Both the position numbers and the translations under genes were made by a program. This document shows, piece by piece, positions 1-11,858 of a stretch of 64,000 bases of DNA. Origin of the DNA: Octopus vulgaris (taxonomy: Eukaryota); the NCBI GenBank assembly GCA_951406725.2, contig OX597831.1:78120001-78184000 (forward strand), given 5' to 3'. Position 1 is the first letter of the stretch; each line of letters starts with the position of its first letter. The notes beneath the pieces were generated by a model that did not search any database, was not told where the DNA came from, and was given only the letters and a program-made list of their open reading frames with translations.

Positions 1-100
1 TAGTTTGCATATTTGGACTTCCGGTTCTCTGGCGCTGCTACATTTGATGATTATATAAACGACCTGACTACTTGTTACTCCGGGATTGGTCAGGTATGTG

Positions 101-330
101 GGCAGCTGGCAGAATCGTTAGCACGCCGGATGAAATGTTTAGCAGTATATTTCGTATGTCGTTACGTCCTGAGTTCAAATTCCGCCGAGGTTGACTTTGC
201 CTTTCATCCTTTCGGGGTCGATAAATTAAGTACCAGTTCCGCACTGGGGTCGATGTAATCGACTTAATACCTATGTCTGTCCTTGATTGTCCCCTCTATG
301 TTTAGCCCCTTGTGGGTAATAAAGAAATAA
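101..330 (+). mobile_element. tRNA-derived SINE family A (Tx1-like tail), with 14-bp TSD
   Basis: Head AGCTGGCAGAATCGTTAGC ... GAGTTCAAATTCC (A/B box-like), central GCCTTTCATCCTTTCGGGGTCGATAAATTAAGTACCAG, tail ...TTGTGGGTAATAAAGAAATA; GTATGTGGGCAGCT duplicated at 94-107 and 331-344; about 10 further copies in window. Confidence 0.9.
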
Positions 331-1348
331 GTATGTGGGCAGCTCTGATAAGATCCGAATAAGGGTCGAAACAGATTTCAATCTACGGAACAATAGGTAA
401 ATTCCACGTTTGTATGCCTACCACGCATGTTTACACTCTTGCAGATGCACGCACAGATACATACACACACATACATATCTCTCTTTTACTCTTTTACTTG
501 TTTCAGTCATTTTACTGTGGCCATGCTGGAGCACTGCCTTTATATATGCTGTTATATATTGGAAGAGTTGTTATATCAATAACGAATCACAAGCATTAGT
601 TGTGTTTCACTGCGTTAACCATTTACCTAATCAAATAAGCGATTGCTTGGTGAATCGGTCAGAATTACAGGAGCATGTCGTTCATATCATCGTTAAAGGG
701 CAACAAAAAGGACTCAGACGGTATTATCGGATTGATTGATTGACCGAACAATTAATCAACGAACTGATTAGTTAATTTATTAGATGGTTAACTAGTTGGC
801 GAATAATAGATGAAATAAAACAGAACCAGCGCGTGTGATAATCATTGCTATAAAGATTCTCCCGAGTCACAGCAAAGTCTTTATCATCAATAACCTTGCA
901 GACCAAATACAATACACCACACCCAAACACACAAATACCACACATACACACACATACACTTGCACAAACACAGGCACACACATACACACATACACATACA
1001 CACACGCGCACCCACAACACACACACACAAACACACACACACAAACATATATATCGTTTACATTTTCATTACATGTAGATCAACAAAAAAAGAGTTTCAT
1101 CCAGTGAGAAATAAATATCATTTTATGTACACAATTACAAAAGTGCTGCAGAGAGTTTCATGCTTTAAGATACATTAAATTGGTACATGTATATAACCTG
1201 TCATATATCCCCAAACAATCGTTCAGGCTCAGTTCATAATGTTACATGTATTTAAAAACTAGGACACTGGACTATGAGAAAATATGAGGAGAAAATGCTG
1301 GACTATGATAAAAACAAATACGTATTTTATTAAGTCTGTTGCAAGTAA

Positions 1349-1723
1349 TCTATATATATAAAACTGAAGTCGTCTGTGTATGGCATGTTTGGTAATCTTC
1401 AACTAACACTGCGGCGCAAGTTGACCAAAATTAAGAGTATGATAGAAGAAGGCTTGCTCTTCATTCCGTAAAAGATAAAATTCAAATCGGACCATCTTAA
1501 CACCAAAAACTATTTACCTCAAAAAGGTACTTTTTTTTCTATGAAAATCCCTAATTTTTACGATTTTTTTACTGTTATGTTGCCATTTTTCGGTGTAGTT
1601 CAACCAGAAAAAATGTTGACTTAAAGAGAATAACAAGCTACATAATGCAAACTTTTTACTTTTCAGAAATTCCAATTCTAAAGGGTCGAAACAAACCCGA
1701 GCAACGCCGGGCGATACTGCTAG
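1349..1723 (+). mobile_element. non-autonomous Helitron
   Basis: 5' A|TCTATATATATAAAA; subterminal hairpin CCCG-agcaacgc-CGGG (1696-1711) followed by terminal CTAG (1720-1723); no ORF. Confidence 0.7.
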
Positions 1724-2043
1724 CTATAAATAAAACAGAAAATTTATCACGCCTGGGATCTTCAAGAGTATGTTTAACAACCAAGGAATTTTTACGGGTA
1801 ACCGCTAGTTACTTTGTAATACCCAGGCCAGCGATCCCTTGAATTCACTGAAGTGATATTGAAGTAATTTATTTCTAATTTACTTTAGACCAACTAATTT
1901 GTATTTATTTTTGTACGGCAAAGACGTTAGCTGTTGACTTTTAAGAAAGCGTTGTGTATATGATTTTGTGTTTGTTTTGTATATTTATGTATCTGCATGC
2001 ATGTATGTGTGTGTGTCTGTGTGTCTGTGTCTGTGTCTGTGTG

Positions 2044-2099
<56 letters not shown>

Positions 2100-2323
2100 G
2101 TGTCTCTGTCTGTGTCTGTGTGTATGTGTTTTACAGTGGCAAAGATATTAAGATATGATAGACTATAAAGGTTTGATGACAGCTGGTGTTTACCATTTTT
2201 AACTCCGCCCTTCAACCGTACTTTTGCGTATGTGTGGTTGTGCGTGTATTTGTGTGTCTGTATGAGCACATATCTATGTACTCGTACACACATAAACGTT
2301 TGTATTATACACACACACGCACT

Positions 2324-2354
<31 letters not shown>

Positions 2355-2369
2355 CTGTTATATTTAGGC

Positions 2370-2517
2370 GGTTGTCAATAAAACTCAAATTTTTGGATGC
2401 CGGGACTGAAGTCTGCTCCAGCATCTCATCAGTTATTATATGTGTGTTTGTATGTATGTGTACACGCGTGTGTGGGTATGTATATAGATATATATAGATA
2501 CATGTGTGTGTGTGCGT

Positions 2518-2554
<37 letters not shown>

Positions 2555-2755
2555 CCTGTGGATTCTCTGAACGAAGTATTAATTTCCGTATGCCTATTGG
2601 AGTAATTTCACTTTATTCAACCGTTATCTTTTCATAGCATTTGTCTTAATAACTGATGAGATGCCAGAGCAGACTTCAGCCCCGGCATCCGAAACTCTGA
2701 GTTTTAAAATGACAACCAACTAATTGTCACATATTATATGTATAGATAAATTCTC
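2370..2755 (+). mobile_element. PLE-like non-coding element end with 5' inverted copy
   Basis: 2370-2438 is an imperfect inverted copy of 2647-2717; related sequence at 10696-10870 and 29925-30070; flanked by microsatellites. Confidence 0.7.
2641..2715 (+). ncRNA. type I hammerhead ribozyme (somewhat decayed)
   Basis: CTGATGA (2653-2659), stem II GATGCC.../...GGCATC, GAAA (2691), stem III ACT/AGT, stem I TTGTC.../...GACAA. Confidence 0.7.
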
Positions 2756-2835
2756 TGTCTGTCTGTCTCTGTCTCTCTGTCTCTCTGTCTCTCTCTGTCT
2801 CTCTCTCTCTCTTTATATATGTATATATATATATG

Positions 2836-2867
<32 letters not shown>

Positions 2868-2868
2868 T

Positions 2869-3520
2869 ATTTAAATAATGAGGGAGATAAATTAATATTA
2901 ATTTTAATATCAATTTAAAACCAGTAGTCTAGCATACAAAACATCTGAGAAGTCAGAGAAAATTCTAATATATGTGTATATTGACAGGGCAAGACTGCTA
3001 GGTAGTCGGCCGTATGCTAGAAACAGATCATCAACGATCAAACTACAAAGGAAATTCTCTAGAGGAAAAATTCAGCGAACATCAGAACCAAATTTGGCGG
3101 GTAGGACAGATGAAAATTTATATAAAAAAAAAAACAGAATTAAATGCATACCTCGGTTTCGGCCTTTAACAAACGAATTACTTACATAATTCAAATGTCC
3201 GTGGCTTCATCAGTGCATTCGTTCCGTGTGAATGCAAACTGAAAAAACTAACCCCAGCTTTCTGTGCCAAGACAGACACGTGCTTAGTTTTACCGATTAC
3301 ATTAGGGATAAAATTTCAAATGTCTTGGTTCTGGCGCGCTAAGAAATTCCTGAAGCGAAGGGCTGCAGTAAATAATTCACTGCGGTTAGTGCTTACTACT
3401 AGAGAACGTATTTATTTCAATATTTAAATAATGAGGGAGATAAATTAATGTAGTTTGATCGTTGATGATCTGTTTCTAGCATACGGCCGACTACCTAGCA
3501 GTCCAGCCCTGCCAATATAC
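2869..3520 (-). mobile_element. non-autonomous PLE/retrozyme-like element, 553-bp unit
   Basis: 28-bp direct repeat 2869-2896 / 3422-3449; inverted copy 2976-3047 / 3449-3520; internal HHR; (TA)n on both sides; no ORF. Confidence 0.75.
3143..3219 (-). ncRNA. type I hammerhead ribozyme
   Basis: Minus strand: AATGCA-CTGATGA-aGCC...GGCc-GAAAC-cgag-GTA-TGCATT; perfect 6-bp stem I. Confidence 0.8.
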
Positions 3521-3540
3521 ATATATATATATATATATAT

Positions 3541-3858
3541 CCGTCGGTTACGATGACGTGTGTTCCAGCCGATTCGGTCAACGGATCAGCCTGTACGTGA
3601 AAGTAGCGTACAGGTGGATGAGAAATCTCCATAGAAACGCACACACTTATCGTAGCTTTTAGGGAAATTCAGTGTGACACATTTAGTGTACCAAGGCTGG
3701 CCCATTTAACTTCGGGTACAACTGATTTTGGCTATCTGAGTGAACTGGCGTAAAGTGAAATAAATTGTCTTGCTCAAGAATTAAACACGCCGCCAGGAAT
3801 CGAACTCATGTCGTTATGATAGAGTGCCAAATACTCTTACCACTGAGACAAGTGCCTT
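3541..3858 (-). mobile_element. tRNA-derived SINE (decayed)
   Basis: Minus head TCTCAGTGGTAAG ... GAGTTCGATTCC, CORE-like CTTGAGCAAGAC, ends in (TA)n. Confidence 0.6.
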
Positions 3859-4052
3859 CTCTGCTTCATGACATTTCCCTAAAGATGAAGTCTTCATTTC
3901 ATAGTTTTAATTTTTCTTGTTCTTCTGTAAAATGCATCACTTTATTTTGCGACCAATCCAACAACATTCCAGCGATATAACGGTATCATGGAAGCCATAT
4001 TTATGTTGATCACATTAAACATTTGCTGGCCTTGTGCAAACATTCGAAACCA

Positions 4053-4129
<77 letters not shown>

Positions 4130-4134
4130 ATTAT

Positions 4135-4366
4135 GCGTGTAGGCCTTAGGCCTGGTGGTTAGGGTGTTACACTCATGATCGCGAGATCGTGGTTTTGACT
4201 CTGCGACCGGGTGGTGCGTTGTTCTTTAGCCAAAACCCATTATCTCACCTTGCTCTGCCTTCACATCGACACCTGTCGCGTGGCGGCACACTGCGCACCT
4301 GTTCAGACAACGTCGATTTGATGAAGAGAGTGAGCTAATGTGCGGCACGTACATTTGATCACTATA
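4135..4366 (+). mobile_element. tRNA-derived SINE (decayed)
   Basis: GGCCTGGTGGTTAGGG ... GGTTTTGACTC head resembling the SINEs at 19090 and 47128. Confidence 0.55.
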
Positions 4367-4550
4367 GCTGTTCACCACCAGTGAACTAAGGTAACCCCAC
4401 CTAAGTTTCGAGCATCATCCGGAGTAATGGGAGCGGTTCCAGACAGTGCTGTTTTCTGCAAGTGCCCCACTCTTAATGCATCCACTGCACTCTCAAGATG
4501 TACTTCTCAAGAGTTTTAGTCATTGTTCCCAGCGCTCCGACAATTGTTGG

Positions 4551-4616
<66 letters not shown>

Positions 4617-4756
4617 CTTTTTTAGCGACCACAACTGCTTAACCTCCCGAGCTAACCTGTTATACATATCGAGTTTTCTGTCTTCATTATCGCATACCTT
4701 CTTGTCAGCTGGGCATGCTATATCTATCATCCAGCATCGTTTGCTTTCTTTTTCTA
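4367..4756 (-). mobile_element. R4/Dong-like non-LTR retrotransposon 3' fragment (restriction-like endonuclease end)
   Basis: Translates IDIACPADKKV..EDRKLDMYNRLAREVKQLWSLKKVV..PTIVGALG; (TAC)n expansion inside; abuts (TAA)n. Confidence 0.75.
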
Positions 4757-4763
4757 TAATAAC

Positions 4764-4822
<59 letters not shown>

Positions 4823-4882
4823 TAATAATAATATTTTTTATTGTGGCTAATAAAGAAACATATTATTATTATTATTATAATA

Positions 4883-4924
<42 letters not shown>

Positions 4925-4942
4925 GCTATTATTATCATAATC

Positions 4943-5031
<89 letters not shown>

Positions 5032-5388
5032 GCAAGATCCTTAGATCATTGGAAAGACCTGTGGTATTTGTTCTGGGTTTAAATCCTGTTGGGATGAATT
5101 TTGCTTCGAATTCTTTGATGTCATTGAAATGAAATAACAGCCAAGTGTCGTGGTCGATTTAATGACTATTCTCTCCCACTTCCCGTCAAATTGCTAATGA
5201 GCCCTTTTCGCCAAAAATTATTTTTATAATTTTTCTGAAGGCAGAGAGCTGGCAGAATCATTAACATGATGGCCAAAATGGTTAACGGCATTTCACACGC
5301 TTTTGCAACTTTGACGTATGGAGCCTATTCTTTGAGAGAAATGAGGAATGAGCGGGGAATGGAAAGAGAGAAAGAAAAAATGGACATA

Positions 5389-5436
<48 letters not shown>

Positions 5437-5437
<1 letters not shown>

Positions 5438-5835
5438 GGCTGTGTGGTAAGTAGCTTGCTTACGAACCACATGGTTCCGGGTTCAGTCCCGCTTTGTGGC
5501 AGCTTGAGCAAGTTTCTTCTACTATAGCCGCGGGCCGACCAAAGCCTTGTGAGTGGATTTGGTAGACGGAAACTGAAAGAAGCCCGTCGTATATATATGC
5601 ATATGTATATGTATGGGTGTGTATACGTTTGTGTGTCTATGTTTGTCTCCCCAACATTGCTTTACAACCGATGCTGGTGTGTTTATGTCCCTTAACTTAG
5701 CGGTTCGTCAAAAGAGTCCGATAGAATAAGTACAAGGCTTACAAAGAATAATTCCTGGTGTCGATTTGCTCGAGTAAAGGCGGTGCCCCAGCATGGCCAC
5801 TGTCAAATGACTGAAACAAGCAAAAGAGTAAAAGG
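5437..5835 (+). mobile_element. tRNA-derived CORE-like SINE family B
   Basis: GGCTGTGTGGTAAG ... GGTTCAGTCCC head, CTTGAGCAAGT, internal TA/TG tract, tail GGCGGTGCCCCAGCATGGCC...GACTGAAACAAG-AAAAGAG. Confidence 0.9.
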
Positions 5836-5840
5836 GAAGG

Positions 5841-5953
<113 letters not shown>

Positions 5954-6319
5954 GCATATTCATGTGTGTGAAGGGTGTCTACATGTAGAGGTTTGTGTAT
6001 GGAGTACAGTAAGAGCAGACATGAAATAAAACCTTAGCGAGATCAGAAAGCACCGAAAAACGGAAATAAAGAAAGAAAGAAATTCATAAATAAATAAATC
6101 TTAAGTGAGGAGAAAAGAATTTTTACGTCAGCGTTTTTAAAGATTTATTCTGAAAAGGTGTGAATAACAACATAAAAGTATAACAACAAAAGTAATAAAT
6201 AAATAAATAAATACACGATAATAATAATAATAATAATAATGATAATAAATACAAAATGCACTCATTTGTAAAGACCGTCTGGCCTAATTTGTTGGTATTT
6301 AAGTATGCAGCACCCTCTG

Positions 6320-6367
<48 letters not shown>

Positions 6368-6381
6368 TACAATCATACATA

Positions 6382-6423
<42 letters not shown>

Positions 6424-6632
6424 TATTTATGTAAATATGTATGTATATTCGTGTCCACATATAAGCACACATATATACGGGTGTGTGCATATACCTGTGT
6501 TCGTTGACTTAATTCATTTGTGTTGCGATTTTAAGTTATAGTTACCTTCCTGGACTCAGGTGTTTAAATAAATCAGTTGGCCATACGCATGGATAGATTA
6601 CATTTTCGTTGCAGCTTATGGAATATTCTATC

Positions 6633-6917
<285 letters not shown>

Positions 6918-7056
6918 CTTATAAAATAAGAGCAAAAGAAAAAATTCTATTGCCAAATATGCCGAAAATATACAAATTGTCAATAACCATCATAATATAT
7001 CACTATTAACATGCGTCTCGAAACAAGCCGATAGACATTTCTAAAAAATTCCGTTA

Positions 7057-7117
7057 TTACCGTATTGGTCCCAATTTCAGAGTTAGTTCATAAATATTTT
7101 CTCCTCCTCAGCGATAA
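7057..7117 (-). ncRNA. type I hammerhead ribozyme
   Basis: Minus: TTATCG-CTGAGGA-GGAG...CTCT-GAA-ATTG-ggac-CAAT-A-CGGTAA; all three stems pair; AUA site. Confidence 0.8.
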
Positions 7118-7197
7118 ATACGTAAGACATAAATGAAATACTTACTCATACTCATGGAAAAAACAAGCACTAAGTCCTGACCAGACTTAAGTACCTA

Positions 7198-7246
<49 letters not shown>

Positions 7247-7433
7247 AAAGTAAATAAATGGTACAACGAAGCACCGATATTTACTGAAAAATAGTGAACG
7301 TAATAAATACGACGCTAATGTATAGCTTCACTGCGTATGTACTAGTAAAGATGCGTGTGTGCAACAAACATGAAAAAAATTGTCTTACCTCTAGGAAGAA
7401 CATCCGAAAAATGAAAAACCTAAATAACAGATA

Positions 7434-7506
7434 ATGCAGTACCGGTTTCGGATTCTTCAAAATACGATTGCCAAATGTATATTTGATTTGTCTTCATCAG
7501 CTGCAT
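7434..7506 (-). ncRNA. type I hammerhead ribozyme with palindromic stem III
   Basis: Minus: ATGCAG-CTGATGA-aga...tcc-GAAACCGGTA-CTGCAT; ACCGGT palindrome typical of PLE dimeric HHRs. Confidence 0.8.
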
Positions 7507-7584
7507 AAACCTCGCCAATATTTCAAATGTTGCCACATCTATGCCAGTACACTCGTCTGAACGCCAAAACGTTAACAGAACGAG

Positions 7585-7674
7585 AACAGTGAAGAAGTTT
7601 CAATGAAAATAGTAATGCAATACGAGAGTATTGCTTTCCAGTAATACTATTTTCATTGAAACTTCTTCACTGTT
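7585..7674. repeat. perfect 30-bp inverted repeat at the 5' end of the HHR element
   Basis: AACAGTGAAGAAGTTTCAATGAAAATAGTA (7585-7614) / reverse complement (7645-7674). Confidence 0.9.
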
Positions 7675-7699
7675 ATAATAATAATAAATACCAAATATA

Positions 7700-7939
7700 T
7701 GCGTTTTTATTATTATTTTCCAATTTACGTAATCATTGATATATTCTTGTTATTTTATTATTAATATTCCTATAATATGTAATTTTCTAGATGGTATAAT
7801 TTAATTTTTCATTATTGAATTGATAAAAGGTGGTTCTTTTCTAATTTATATATATATATATATATTATATTTTGTGAAATTTGATTTAGTATTTCTAAAT
7901 TGAATTTTTCATTGTAAGTTAGGAATAATGTTCCCTCAA

Positions 7940-7950
<11 letters not shown>
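7700..7950 (+). mobile_element. AT-rich repeat end (PLE-like), second copy at about 21335-21552
   Basis: Shared ATGTAATTTTCTAGATGG...TTCCCTCAAAT end running into (TTA)/(TA)n. Confidence 0.6.
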
Positions 7951-8016
<66 letters not shown>

Positions 8017-8025
8017 ACGTTTGCG

Positions 8026-8077
<52 letters not shown>

Positions 8078-8119
8078 TCAATAAATGGTGGGGTTGTGTT
8101 GACCGCACGTGGAGAAATG

Positions 8120-8634
8120 ATAAGTAAGGAAAAATTTTTTTTTTAAATGCAGAATGCTCAAATGAAAGAAAATTTTAATAAAATGAGAAATTGATAAAAT
8201 ATATAAATATATATTTATTCAACCGGTCTTCGTCATTGTATGACTTGTCAAGAATATTTGTTTTAAAAAGTTTTTTTTTAAATTAGAAAGGGGAAAAAAA
8301 GAAAATTCCAATGTTTTTTGTAAAAGAATAATGATAAAAATGTACAAAAATTAAAAAATAAGTTCTCCGATACATTGTGAGTTCGTTGTGTATCTTGAGT
8401 TTTATGGTTGTTCACGAAAAAATTACCTTGAGGTGTTAAGATCCAAAGGGATTAAGAGCATGTGTTGTGTTGTTAAATTCAACATGTTTGCAGGACAGGA
8501 AGTAGTAGTAATTGTGGTTCTGGTTCTTCAGTTCCTGTGTTGTGAGTAAGGGGAGACAACTCTATCAATTTCTCATTTTATTAAAATTTTCTTTCATTTG
8601 AGCATTCTGCATTTTTAAAAAAATGTTTTCCTTA

Positions 8635-8639
<5 letters not shown>
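8120..8639 (-). mobile_element. PLE-like element with about 77-bp inverted repeat and variant HHR
   Basis: 8120-8196 inverted at 8563-8639; HHR-like fold at 8216-8256. Confidence 0.6.
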
Positions 8640-8671
<32 letters not shown>

Positions 8672-8714
8672 GTAATGTGTGTGTTTAAGATACAATCTCT
8701 CGTCGAATACGACT

Positions 8715-8825
8715 TATGGACATTTTTCTTAAACAACAAAAAAATAGAGTACAGGACAAATAACACAAGGAAAATTCCCCTTCTTCAGTCGCCATGGTTT
8801 CATCTACTCTGCGTTTCGAAGGTGA
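8715..8825 (-). mobile_element. truncated family F2 fragment with partial permuted HHR
   Basis: Matches 30585-30688; retains CCTTC-GAAAC and GGCGA-CTGAAGA-AGGGG but lacks the cleavage strand. Confidence 0.7.
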
Positions 8826-8842
8826 GAGAGAGAGAGAGACAG

Positions 8843-8905
<63 letters not shown>

Positions 8906-9009
8906 CAGACAGATAGATCGATCGATAGATAGATAGATATATATGTATATGTACGTATGTATGTATATATAAGCATATCTTTTCGTACTCATGCAACTAT
9001 GCATATGTG

Positions 9010-9060
<51 letters not shown>

Positions 9061-9717
9061 CTATGTTCAATTGTGTACATACTTATATACATACATATAC
9101 CCATGTATATATGTACTTATGTGCGTGAGCGCGCGAGTGTAGGTATATATGCAGATATATATATACCTATACTCGTATGCAAAATTACATCGACAAACAC
9201 ATTAGCAGAAGCACAAACAATGTCACCGTATTTGCATGCGTGTGTCTAGCAGACCATTCAGGTATTTAAGAGTATATTTATCTTACTCACACAAAATACA
9301 CCCCTTAGATACACCCGTTAAGTAAATAAGCTTCAATTGGTACATTCTCGTCACGGCCTTCCCTGTAGGATTTTTTATTTTTTATTTGTGACCATAATTA
9401 GGGAGAAAGAAAACTTGGCTGCGCATGCGAATTGTTAGGTTACGTTTTTTGCGACGTTCCTCTATGTGTGCATGCAGATAGAAAAGAGAGACGCACATGT
9501 CCGCACGCAGACTCACACATAAATAAACTAGGAGATACACGCGCGCGTTGTTGAGATGTCGTATAAGGACCTGTGTGAATTTATGCATACGTATACATAC
9601 ATACATACATATATACATACATACATACATACTTACATACATACATACATACACACACACTCACACATACACACATATATATATGTGTGTGTAAGAGAAC
9701 AAAGTGTACGTACGCCG

Positions 9718-9763
<46 letters not shown>

Positions 9764-9777
9764 GTATGTATATATAT

Positions 9778-10255
9778 ACAAAATGGGACAAGAACGCAAA
9801 ACATCCAGATAGACGATACAAAAAACATGAACGAGTCATTCGAAGCCTTTAATCCTCAGTCAAGAACCGGATCATCCTCGCAATTTCGGCTGATTAATCT
9901 TGAGATTGCTCCAATCCGGCCGCCCCCTCGAAAAACTAAGCTAACAACATTAGATTCCTTGGAAAAAAGGATCGAATGTATACGAAACAAGGACGGAAAA
10001 ACGGACGATGTTACACGATTATAAATACAAAAATTATACGAAAAAAAAACAATACTACTAATAATAACAGGTTAGAACAACAGGCTTCTTTCGACCGGAG
10101 ACGAATTGAATTCAGCTGGCGTGTTGGGAATTAAGCCTTACGGCAGACGGAAAGGTTCGATGTGACAGTGACCATGGTCGAACGCAAAAGGGCTAACAGT
10201 CGGCCAACGGTCACGTGAGAAGAGAAGAGAAAGAAAAAGAGGAATAAAGGAATTA
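9778..10255 (-). mobile_element. non-coding repeat family F1 (PLE/retrozyme-like)
   Basis: Homologous to 13074-13527, 44820-44937, 52165-52650 and 62885-63400; 3' end GTTCTTGTCCCA.TTTG into (TA)n. Confidence 0.8.
9844..9909 (-). ncRNA. non-circularly permuted hammerhead candidate (F1)
   Basis: Minus: GCAAT-C-TCAAGA ttaatc AGCC-GAA-ATTGC linker TCTTGA-CTGAGGA-ttaaa-GGCT. Confidence 0.7.
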
Positions 10256-10287
10256 CGGAGGGGGAGGAGGTATATATATATATATAT

Positions 10288-10560
10288 GTTTGTTTTGTTT
10301 GTTCCTTCTCGAGCCATGCCTGGCTGATAGGGCCGGTTTCCTTTCCAGTCTGTCGCTGGTGAGCTGCAAGATGCAGGAGGAAAGAGTGAGAGAAGGTTGT
10401 GGCGAAAGAGTCAGCAGAAGTTCGCCATCACCTTCTGCCGGAGCCGCGTGGTGCTTAGGTGTTTCGCTCATAAACACACACATTGCCCGGTCTGAGATTC
10501 GAACCCGCGATGCTTCGACTGCGAGTCCGCTGCTCTAACCACTAGGACATGTGCCTCCAC
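10288..10560 (-). mobile_element. tRNA(Arg)-like SINE family C
   Basis: Minus head GGAGGCACATGTCCTAGTGGTTAGAGCAGCGGACTCGCAGTC...GGTTCGAATCTC. Confidence 0.8.
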
Positions 10561-10586
10561 AAATATATATATACATACATACATAT

Positions 10587-10619
<33 letters not shown>

Positions 10620-10695
10620 TATGTGCGTGTGTGTGTGTGTATGTATGTGTGTTTGCGTGTATGTATATGTTATAATTTAGAGTCAGCAGTTAAGG

Positions 10696-10771
10696 TTGTC
10701 ATTATAGTACTCGGAGTTTCGAATGTCGGAGCGAAGAGCTACGATGCCTTCTCGTCGGCTATTAACGGCAA
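10696..10771 (-). ncRNA. type I hammerhead with CCGACGA core, within a 25-bp perfect inverted repeat (10696-10720 / 10774-10798)
   Basis: Minus: TTGCCGTTaATAG-CCGACGA-GAA...TTC-GAAACT-ccg-AGTA-CTATAATGACAA. Confidence 0.65.
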
Positions 10772-10885
10772 CAGAAACTCCGAGTACTATAATGACAAAC
10801 TTATACTTTGTTCTAAATTATAACATATATAAATAATCACTATTTCTCTAGTATCGAGGTCACTTTCTTTTGCTTTTTCCATTAA

Positions 10886-10931
<46 letters not shown>

Positions 10932-11457
10932 GAGTGAGAGAGCAGTGCATGCCATCAAAGTGACACTGGGTGAAAATATACGAAGTCCAGTATACCCATC
11001 ATGACTACCCGTCTGATAAGGATACACCAGGCACATGCATCACAACCATATGTGCGCGACATGGTGATCTCATATCAAGATAAACAGCAAATGGCCTTGC
11101 AGGTGGGACCCAGTGAGAATTTTCTTCTAGTCGAGTAACCCATCCCACTCAAAAGGTCCCTGAATAATGTTTCCAAAGGAGAATTATTCAAACTCCAAAG
11201 AATCCCTCTCAACACATAGCTATGATGCTCCCCCACTACTTCTGCTCGTTATCAGAGATGCACATATCGTCAGCCACTAAGGGACATGCTCAACTGGTTA
11301 TGGTCAAACAACTGACAAACAAATCTGTGGTATTGAGCAGAATATTTGCTGTAGCCCATCATTTATACCAAGACAAAACAATGTACATGATAACACTTCC
11401 AATCAGTTAAGATCAGAAGCCATGAGAGCCACTGCCTGGTACTGCATCAGGGCATTT
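10932..11457 (-). mobile_element. about 530-bp non-coding repeat inserted in (TAA)n
   Basis: Same termini as 25626-26183; both flanked by (TTA)n; strand inferred. Confidence 0.8.
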
Positions 11458-11813
11458 ATTATTGTCATCATCATCATCATCATCATTATTATTATTACTA
11501 TTATTATATTTATACATATAAATGTTTGTGTGTCTGTTTCTATCTTTGTGTATATGTATGTATTTATGTGTGTATGTATGTATGTATAAACATGCATACA
11601 TATATATGCACTCGTATATACAAGTATAAGTATTTTAGATCTGCATTTCCGCATAAAATACCTCGAAGACATTTTAAGCGTTTTAACTTAATAAATTTCC
11701 CTACGGAAGTCTTTGATGTTATTTTCACAAACCCCACCAAGACAATATTTACCTCTATTATTTTAAATCACGCATTGCTCAGGAGCACAACAGAATAAGT
11801 ATTTGTCTTAATT

Positions 11814-11858
11814 GATATTGCCTGAAGAGACAAGCAGGTGTCGAAACGTCATCATATC
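11814..11858 (+). ncRNA. minimal type I hammerhead ribozyme
   Basis: GATATtGc-CTGAAGA-GAC-aagcaggt-GTC-GAAACGTC-atCATATC. Confidence 0.7.

Noticed and set aside
345-380. Hammerhead-like CTGATAA-GATCC/GGGTC-GAAAC
   Set aside because: G8A without compensation and no stem I; at best a dead remnant
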